Positions 58,146 through 64,000 of a stretch of DNA of 64,000 nt are shown here, one piece after another. The notes beneath the pieces are model-generated. The model saw nothing but the letters and a program-made list of their open reading frames with translations. It was not told the DNA's origin and made no database searches. Source of the DNA: an uncultured Chloroflexia bacterium (GTDB lineage: Bacteria > Chloroflexota > Limnocylindria > Limnocylindrales > CSP1-4); assembly GCA_963707215.1 (NCBI GenBank), contig CAVPPB010000003.1:128001-192000 (forward strand). Reading direction: 5' to 3'. The stretch's first letter is position 1, and every line of letters begins with the position of its first letter. The translations under genes and the position numbers were made by a program.

Positions 58146-58280
58146 GTGACCACTCGGCGGAAGACACTCACGGTCCTGCTCGTCGCCCTGCTGGTGGTCG
58201 TTGCCGCCCTCGCGCTGTACGTCGGGGTCCAGGTGTGGCAGATCCTCGAGATGCACTCGGGCGGCATCCCGAGGTTGTAG
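58146..58280 (+). CDS. 44-aa single-TM peptide (leaderless)
   Basis: TAGCGT -10 box 6 nt before GTG; MTTRRKTLTVLLVALLVVVAALALYVGVQVWQILEMHSGGIPRL. Confidence 0.55.
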   Translation: MTTRRKTLTVLLVALLVVVAALALYVGVQVWQILEMHSGGIPRL

Positions 58281-58384
58281 CCGGCTTTGGTGCGGTCCTG
58301 ACCGTCGTCTTGGTCGTCGGCTTCGTCATGGCTGGCGATCCCTTCCCCGTGCCGGACGTCCGGTCGGGGTCAGGGGGTGGGTAG

Positions 58385-58513
58385 ATGAAGCGTTGGCTCG
58401 TGGTGGTCGGGTTGGTCGTGCTTGTAGCCGTGGTCGTGGTCGTGGTTTGGCCTGTCGTGTTTCCGCCAGGCGGGAGGATGGTCGGGTGTGAACTGCTAAC
58501 CGTCTATAGGTAG
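58385..58513 (+). CDS. 42-aa single-TM peptide
   Basis: MKRWLVVVGLVVLVAVVVVVVWPVVFPPGGRMVGCELLTVYR; G-rich RBS; overlaps the mltG end by 10 nt. Confidence 0.4.
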   Translation: MKRWLVVVGLVVLVAVVVVVVWPVVFPPGGRMVGCELLTVYR

Positions 58514-59853
58514 CCGTACTTGCGGAGCTTCTCCTCGTGCTCGGCCAGCGACTTCGAGAAGTCGTGAGCCCCCCCACCGTCGGGGATGGCCACGAAGTAG
58601 ACGTAGCCGTCGTCCTGGTCCGGCGCCAGCGAGGCGTCGATGGAGGCAGCCGTCGGCGACACGATCGGTCCGGGGATGAGCCCGCGGACCCGGTAGGTCT
58701 GGTAGCCGGCCAGCTCGGGAGGGAACTCGACCCCGGCCAGGGGCACGCCGAGGGGCTTCCAGAAGAAGTACTCCTGCCACTGCTCGAACGGCAGCTCGCC
58801 AAGGTTCAGCGTGTCGTTGCCCCAGATCACCGTGGGGTCCGCGTTGAGAAGCGAGCCCGTGTCGAGGCGGTTCTGGTAGACGCCGGCGATGAGCGGGCGC
58901 TCCTCGTCGAGGACCGCCTCTCGCTCCACGATCGAGGCGAGGGTGAGGATCTCGTAGAGGCCGAGGCCGCGCACCTCGGGCACGGCGATCCGATCCGGCC
59001 CGACCTCCTCGTAGAACTCGTCGAGCATCATCCGGACGAGGGCCTCGGCGTCGGTCCGGCCATCGGGATCGGTCCGCAGCCGGTACGTGGACGGGTAGAG
59101 ATAGCCCTCCAGCGTCGCCCCCTCCGGGAGCTCCACCCACGGGTATTCGGCGAGGAGGGCCGGCGGCGGGGCCGTGACGAGGTCGTAGAACGCCTTCGGA
59201 TCGACCCCGGACTCGACCGTCTGGAGCTTGGCCGTCATCTGCTCGAGGCGGATGCCCTCCTTGAAGGTCACATCGGTCGCCGTGACCACGATCCGGTCCT
59301 CCTCGAGCGCGCGCACCACCTCCCGCGGGTCCATGTCCCGGCGGAGGCGGAACGGCCCGGCCTCGAGACGATCGCCCAGCGACGCCTCCCAGGCGGCGTA
59401 ATCGAAGGCCGGCCGCGACAGGATGAGACCGTCCGCGAGCAGCCGGTCACCGACGGTCGTCACCGTGTCGCCGGCTTCGACGACCCAGGCGACCTCGGAC
59501 GGGTCCGACGACGCCGGCGTGGCCAGCTCGTCCGCGAGCGACTCCTCGACGAGCGAGGCGACGAAGGGAAGCCGCCAGGCGCCGGGGTTGTCGATCGCCC
59601 AATCGGCGACGGCCGCGGCGGCGAGGGGCCGGAAGACGGTGACGGCGAGGAACGCCATGACGACGACGATCCCGCCGACGAACAGGAGGAAGCGCAGGAA
59701 GCTCGGCCCGCTACCGCGCCGCGGAGGGCGCCGGCGACCCGGAGCGCCGTTCGGTCGCACCGGCCCGATGCCCGGGTCCACTGTCGGCCCGTTGCCGATC
59801 GGGTGGGCCTGCGACCGACCGCCCCGCGGCGCTCCTCCTCGTCTGACCGTCAT
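58504..59853 (-). CDS. mltG: Endolytic transglycosylase MltG
   Basis: TM anchor, EG.R, LEGYLYP.TY, LASIVEREA, IAGVY.NRL, ADPT, GLIPGPI, YFV. Confidence 0.95.
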   Translation of the reverse strand: MTVRRGGAPRGGRSQAHPIGNGPTVDPGIGPVRPNGAPGRRRPPRRGSGPSFLRFLLFVGGIVVVMAFLAVTVFRPLAAAAVADWAIDNPGAWRLPFVASLVEESLADELATPASSDPSEVAWVVEAGDTVTTVGDRLLADGLILSRPAFDYAAWEASLGDRLEAGPFRLRRDMDPREVVRALEEDRIVVTATDVTFKEGIRLEQMTAKLQTVESGVDPKAFYDLVTAPPPALLAEYPWVELPEGATLEGYLYPSTYRLRTDPDGRTDAEALVRMMLDEFYEEVGPDRIAVPEVRGLGLYEILTLASIVEREAVLDEERPLIAGVYQNRLDTGSLLNADPTVIWGNDTLNLGELPFEQWQEYFFWKPLGVPLAGVEFPPELAGYQTYRVRGLIPGPIVSPTAASIDASLAPDQDDGYVYFVAIPDGGGAHDFSKSLAEHEEKLRKYGYL

Positions 59854-60329
59854 TCGTGCTCGTCCTCCATCCGTTCTCCGGCGGTCGCGCGTGCATCGAG
59901 CTCGTCCTGCAGGATCACCGCCGCAGCCTCCCGGTCGATGAGCGCCCGACGGGCGGCTCGGCGTGTCGGCCCCGGCGGACCACCCGAGCGGCCGCGCGGG
60001 GCGCGTCCGAGGCGCCCTTCGGCGACCTCGCTGCTGAGGCGTTCGTCGCGGAGGACCACCGGGATGGCGAGCAGCGGGCCGATCGCTTCGACCCAGGTCC
60101 GGGTCCGCCGCGCCTGGTCGCCCTCGCCGCCGGACATGTCCAGGGGGAGCCCGACGACTAGCTCACCGACGCCCTGCTCAGCGACGATGTGACGTAGGCG
60201 CTCGGCGTCCGCCGCGACGTCCCGACCTCGACGGATCGTGGCCAGAGGCCGCGCGAGGCCGCCGACCGGATCCCCGACCGCGAGGCCGATCCGGCGCTCC
60301 CCCAGGTCGACCCCCAGCAGCCGCGTCAC
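59850..60329 (-). CDS. ruvX: Holliday junction resolvase-like RuvX (YqgF)
   Basis: LLGVDLGERRIGLA, VVGLP, DERLSS, D..AA..ILQ. Confidence 0.95.
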   Translation of the reverse strand: MTRLLGVDLGERRIGLAVGDPVGGLARPLATIRRGRDVAADAERLRHIVAEQGVGELVVGLPLDMSGGEGDQARRTRTWVEAIGPLLAIPVVLRDERLSSEVAEGRLGRAPRGRSGGPPGPTRRAARRALIDREAAAVILQDELDARATAGERMEDEHE

Positions 60330-62158
60330 GAGCCCGGCGACGACGCCGGTTCCTCGCCGTCCGGGGTCGCCTCGGATCCCTGGCCCACCACGACGACCTC
60401 GACCCGGAAATCGTAGGTGGGGATCGTCGCGGCCCAATCCGGGCTCAGCTCGACCTCCGCCGACCCGTACGGCACCAGAGCGGCGACCGCCTCCTCGGGG
60501 GTCTTGCCGAGAACGAGCAGCTCCAGCTCGGCCGGATCGAGCCGGGCGATCTGCTGGCCCGTCGTGCTCACGGGGAACTCCACCGTCGTACCGGCGACGG
60601 TGGGGGTGCCGACGTCCACGCGGCCTGAGCCCGGCACCAGGTCGTGGCCCGGATCGACGGCATCGGCGAGGCGATCCTCGGCCACGACCTCGACGGCCGA
60701 CTCATCGACGACCGTGACCTCGCCGGTGGCCCGGGCTGCCAGGTCGAAGCTGGCGATCTCCTGGCCCACGAACCCGGCGGGATCGGGTTCGTAGGTCGGC
60801 TCGCCCAGGGTCGCGGTCTCGGCGAAGAGCGTCGTCCCGGCCGGGGCCGTGGCCGGGTCGCCAAGGCTCGTGGCGAAGGCCTCGCCCAGCTTCACGCCGA
60901 GGTCCTCGCGGGCCCGGGTCACGTCGGCCTCGGTCACGACCGGGAAGGACTCCCGGGTGCCGCCGCTGGTCGCCGCCTCGTTGGTCACCTGGATGACGTT
61001 GCTGTTGATGCCCGACGGGACCCGCACGATCGTCCCCGCGGGCACGTTGCCCCCCGGGCCGCCCTCGGCCGCGCGGACCCCGACGTCCCGGGACTGGCAC
61101 TTGATGTCGGGCAGCGGCGTGAAATCGATCTGGGCGACCGGCAGGAACACCTCCTCGACGGTCCTGAAGGCGACCCCGGCGGCCGTCCGGACGACGGTCC
61201 CGGAGGCGATCGTGTACGACTCGGTGGGATCGCAGTTGGTCCACGTCACGGTCCCGCTTGCCGCGGTCTCCTCGACCCGCTGACCGGTCGCTTCGTAGCT
61301 GCCCTGCGCCGTGACCTCGACGGGGATCCGCTGGGCCGGGACCACGCCGGCCTCCACGTCGATGGCAGTGATGCCCGGGTCGGCCCGCACCGTGAACTGG
61401 ACCGGGCCGACCGTCGACACCGCCGGGGTGACGGTGACCGTCGCGGCAGGCAGGAGGAGGTAGCCGGCGACCCCACCGACCACGAGCGCGCCGACGCCCA
61501 GCAGGACGATGACCGCGATGACGGCCACCGTCCGGCCGCCTCGCCGTCGGGCCGCGGCCGGTGCGGCCGGGGTCGCGGCCGCGGAACGGGGGCGGACATC
61601 CGCGGAGGAGGCCGGTGGCGGCAGGCCATCTTGGTCGGCAGTGCCAGCGACGGCGGGGCCTGAGGGTGCCGACCGACCCGACGACGCCGGTCCCGAAGGC
61701 GCCGGGTGTGCAGCCGGGACTCCGACCCCCGCGCCATCCGCCGGGCCCGGAGACGGCCGCCCGGCAGCCGACCCGGCGGCCAGCGCCCCGGCGGCAGCGG
61801 CAGCCGCAGCGGCAGCCGCGACTCCCCCTCCCTTCCTCGGCTCGCCGCCGGATGGCCCGGCCTCGCTCACTTCCGTCGGTGGCGGAGGTGGTCCCTCGAA
61901 CTCCTGGACGGAGGCGAACGTGGTCAGCCCGGCCGAGCCCGCGAGCGCTCGGGAGGCGGCGTCGGGCGCGATGACCGCCAGATCCTTCCCGGCCGAAGCC
62001 GCTTCGCGGGCCAGCAGCCGGAAGTTCATTCGTGAGGTCGCCACCCTCGAGCCCGGCGGGATGACGACCGCGACCCGGCCGGCCTCGTTGGAGCGGATCC
62101 GAGCCGCCGCGGTCGTGATCTCGTCGTCGACGTCGAGGTAGATGATCGGGCCAGCCAT
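60326..62158 (-). CDS. Membrane-anchored baseplate J/gp47-like domain protein
   Basis: Cytoplasmic IIYLDVDDEIT...NFRLL.R domain, Pro/Ala linker, TM helix, then ASGTVT..N, V.A.EGG.GGNV.AGTI, VTN..ATSGG baseplate-J-type motifs. Confidence 0.85.
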   Translation of the reverse strand: MAGPIIYLDVDDEITTAAARIRSNEAGRVAVVIPPGSRVATSRMNFRLLAREAASAGKDLAVIAPDAASRALAGSAGLTTFASVQEFEGPPPPPTEVSEAGPSGGEPRKGGGVAAAAAAAAAAGALAAGSAAGRPSPGPADGAGVGVPAAHPAPSGPASSGRSAPSGPAVAGTADQDGLPPPASSADVRPRSAAATPAAPAAARRRGGRTVAVIAVIVLLGVGALVVGGVAGYLLLPAATVTVTPAVSTVGPVQFTVRADPGITAIDVEAGVVPAQRIPVEVTAQGSYEATGQRVEETAASGTVTWTNCDPTESYTIASGTVVRTAAGVAFRTVEEVFLPVAQIDFTPLPDIKCQSRDVGVRAAEGGPGGNVPAGTIVRVPSGINSNVIQVTNEAATSGGTRESFPVVTEADVTRAREDLGVKLGEAFATSLGDPATAPAGTTLFAETATLGEPTYEPDPAGFVGQEIASFDLAARATGEVTVVDESAVEVVAEDRLADAVDPGHDLVPGSGRVDVGTPTVAGTTVEFPVSTTGQQIARLDPAELELLVLGKTPEEAVAALVPYGSAEVELSPDWAATIPTYDFRVEVVVVGQGSEATPDGEEPASSPGS

Positions 62159-62160
62159 CG

Positions 62161-63438
62161 TCAGACCTTCATCGCCCGGAGGACCTTGCGAAGGGCGGCA
62201 TCCAGGGCACCCTCGTCCGTCTGCAGCTCGATGGCCTGGTAGGCCAGGCCGAGGGGGGTAACGTCCTGCTGGTCCACCAGGAGCTTCGTCGCGTCGGTGA
62301 GCGCCTCGATCTGTCCGGGCTCCATGATGTCGACGACCGGCGGCCGGGCGAACGGCAGCTCCTTCCAGAAGCGCTCGTCGGCCAGAGCTTCGCGGATCTC
62401 CGGCAGCCGTGACCCGCCGCCGCAGAGATGGATCCGGCCCGGCAGCAGCTCGCCTCCCGAGAGCTCCTCGAGGATCAGCTCCACGCCGGCCGTCCAGATC
62501 CGGGTGTCGTCGGCGATGATCGCGGCGACCGCCTCGCGGTCCTCGACCGGCAGCCCGCGGGCGTAGTCGACCTTGAGCTCCTCGGCCCGCGGGAAGGGCA
62601 GGTCGAGGCGGTCGGCCAGCGACTTCGTGAAGGCCCGGCCCCCGAGGGCGAACATCCGGGTCCCCTCGATGCCACCCTGCCGGACCAGGGCCACGTCGGT
62701 CGTCCCGCCGCCCACGTCGATGAAGAGCGCGCCGGCCTGGCGGACCTGCTCCGACCCCAGGACGCGGGCGACCGCATAGGGCTCGGCCACGACCTCAAGC
62801 AGTTCCAGGTCGAGCTGGCTGGCGACGCTCTGGAGCGCCCCGAGATGGACCAGGGGGGCGAAGGCGTTGAAGATGCTGATCGAGACGTGGCGGCCCTGGA
62901 AGCCGACCGGGTTCGTCAGGGCGTAACCGTCGATCGACGCCGCGGTGATCGCGGCATGGACGAGGCGGACGTCGACCTGGGGCAGACCGGTCTCCCAGGT
63001 GATCGATCGCTCCGCCTCCTGAAGCGCCTCTCGCTGGACCCCGTCGATGAGGCGCTGGAGCTCGCCGTCGGTGATCGGCTGGTCCGGGCGGCGCCGCTCC
63101 TGCGAGTGGGTGATCGTGAAGCCCTTCACGAGCTCGCCGGCGATGCCCAGGACGACCTGGCCGGGCCGGAAGCCGGCCATCTCCTCGGCTTCCTGCAGGG
63201 CGACGGCGCAGTTGTCGACGACGGCCGTGATGTCGGCGACCGTCCCGGACTGCATGTGGGAAAGGCCCTGGCGCTTCCTGCCGACGCCGCGGACGGTGCC
63301 GTGACCGTCCGAGTCGATCTCGAAGACGAGGGCCTTGGCGAACTCGGTCCCGATGTCGAGGGCCGTGCAGGCCGTCAGCTCCTCGCCGCTGTCCCGCTGC
63401 CAGATGCGCCGGAAGAACGCCAGCCGGCCGTCCGTCAT
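62161..63438 (-). CDS. FtsA-like actin-fold ATPase
   Basis: ALDIGTEFAK, VAEPYA, IDVGGGTTD, LGGRAFT, CGGGSRL; FtsA 1C-type segment (IDGY..TNPVGFQG); no ftsZ adjacent. Confidence 0.9.
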   Translation of the reverse strand: MTDGRLAFFRRIWQRDSGEELTACTALDIGTEFAKALVFEIDSDGHGTVRGVGRKRQGLSHMQSGTVADITAVVDNCAVALQEAEEMAGFRPGQVVLGIAGELVKGFTITHSQERRRPDQPITDGELQRLIDGVQREALQEAERSITWETGLPQVDVRLVHAAITAASIDGYALTNPVGFQGRHVSISIFNAFAPLVHLGALQSVASQLDLELLEVVAEPYAVARVLGSEQVRQAGALFIDVGGGTTDVALVRQGGIEGTRMFALGGRAFTKSLADRLDLPFPRAEELKVDYARGLPVEDREAVAAIIADDTRIWTAGVELILEELSGGELLPGRIHLCGGGSRLPEIREALADERFWKELPFARPPVVDIMEPGQIEALTDATKLLVDQQDVTPLGLAYQAIELQTDEGALDAALRKVLRAMKV

Positions 63439-64000
63439 CGATCGCCCGCCAGCGCGGACCGGATGACCTCGAGCGCCTCGGCGACGCCCTCGGCACGAGT
63501 CCCCTTCCCCTGCGCCATCTCGGGCCGGCCGCCGCCCTTGCCGTCGATGCGGGTCACGGCCGCTCGCACAAGGTCGCCGGCGGAGACCCCGTCGGCCGCG
63601 AGATCCTCGCTCACGGTCACGAAGAGCTGCGGCTCCTCGGCCTCGAGGGCGAGGGCGATGACGCCCGAGCCGAGCTCGCCGCGGACCTCCCTGGCCAGGC
63701 CCTTGACCGCGTCGATCGACTCGAACGGCCCTGCGAAGGCGACGAGCCGCCGTCCCGGACGGACCTCCTCGACCCGCCGCGCCAGCTCGGCCGACCCGGG
63801 CAGCCCGGAGCCCCCGGCCCGCAGCCGCCGCTTCGCCTCGCGCAGCTCGTCCTGGAGCGCCCGGATGCGGTCCTCCAGCGCCTCCTCCGACGTCGCCCCG
63901 GTCAGCTCGACCGCCCGGTCCAGTCGGGCCAGGCGATCGGCCACGAGCCGCTCCGCCCCGACGCCCGTCACCGCCTCGATCCGCCGCATCCCGGAGCCGA
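63435..64000 (-). CDS. alaS: Alanine--tRNA ligase, C-terminal part (truncated by window edge)
   Basis: GSGMRRIEAVTG, DHHA1 domain GKGGGRPEMAQG; upstream of ruvX. Confidence 0.95.
   Translation of the reverse strand, partial: GSGMRRIEAVTGVGAERLVADRLARLDRAVELTGATSEEALEDRIRALQDELREAKRRLRAGGSGLPGSAELARRVEEVRPGRRLVAFAGPFESIDAVKGLAREVRGELGSGVIALALEAEEPQLFVTVSEDLAADGVSAGDLVRAAVTRIDGKGGGRPEMAQGKGTRAEGVAEALEVIRSALAGDR

Noticed and set aside
60326-62158. Prophage or contractile injection system suggested by the baseplate J domain
   Set aside because: No sheath, tube, spike, capsid or terminase genes; the protein has a TM anchor and lies in a housekeeping operon.

Overview
A very GC-rich bacterial chromosome segment. 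Gene content and order suggest Chloroflexota, possibly Limnocylindria-like (inference only). Most genes lie on the minus strand as a housekeeping run, read right to left: alaS (partial), FtsA-like ATPase, baseplate-J-like membrane protein, ruvX, mltG, then pepQ, a CAP/Ig protein, efp, xseAB, dxs, tlyA, nadK, recN, xerD, scpAB, rluB, cmk, plsC, ispH, der, gpsA, an ECF sigma factor and tRNA-Pro. Further left are a PLP decarboxylase/aldehyde dehydrogenase cluster, Moco genes, an ETF/acyl-CoA dehydrogenase/Fe-S oxidoreductase set, nrdR-dcd with tandem NrdR boxes, ccdA-tlpA and tRNA-Arg. Two accessory regions (about 24.7-28.7 kb and 52.3-58.5 kb) interrupt this run. The second looks like a gene-cassette array: mostly single unrelated genes separated by a co-oriented 33-bp repeat, with no integrase nearby. 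The two regions share that repeat, a conserved 63-bp promoter-like element, a 5'-UTR motif and a small-protein paralogue. Frameshifts in der, ispH and one acyl-CoA dehydrogenase are probably sequencing errors.
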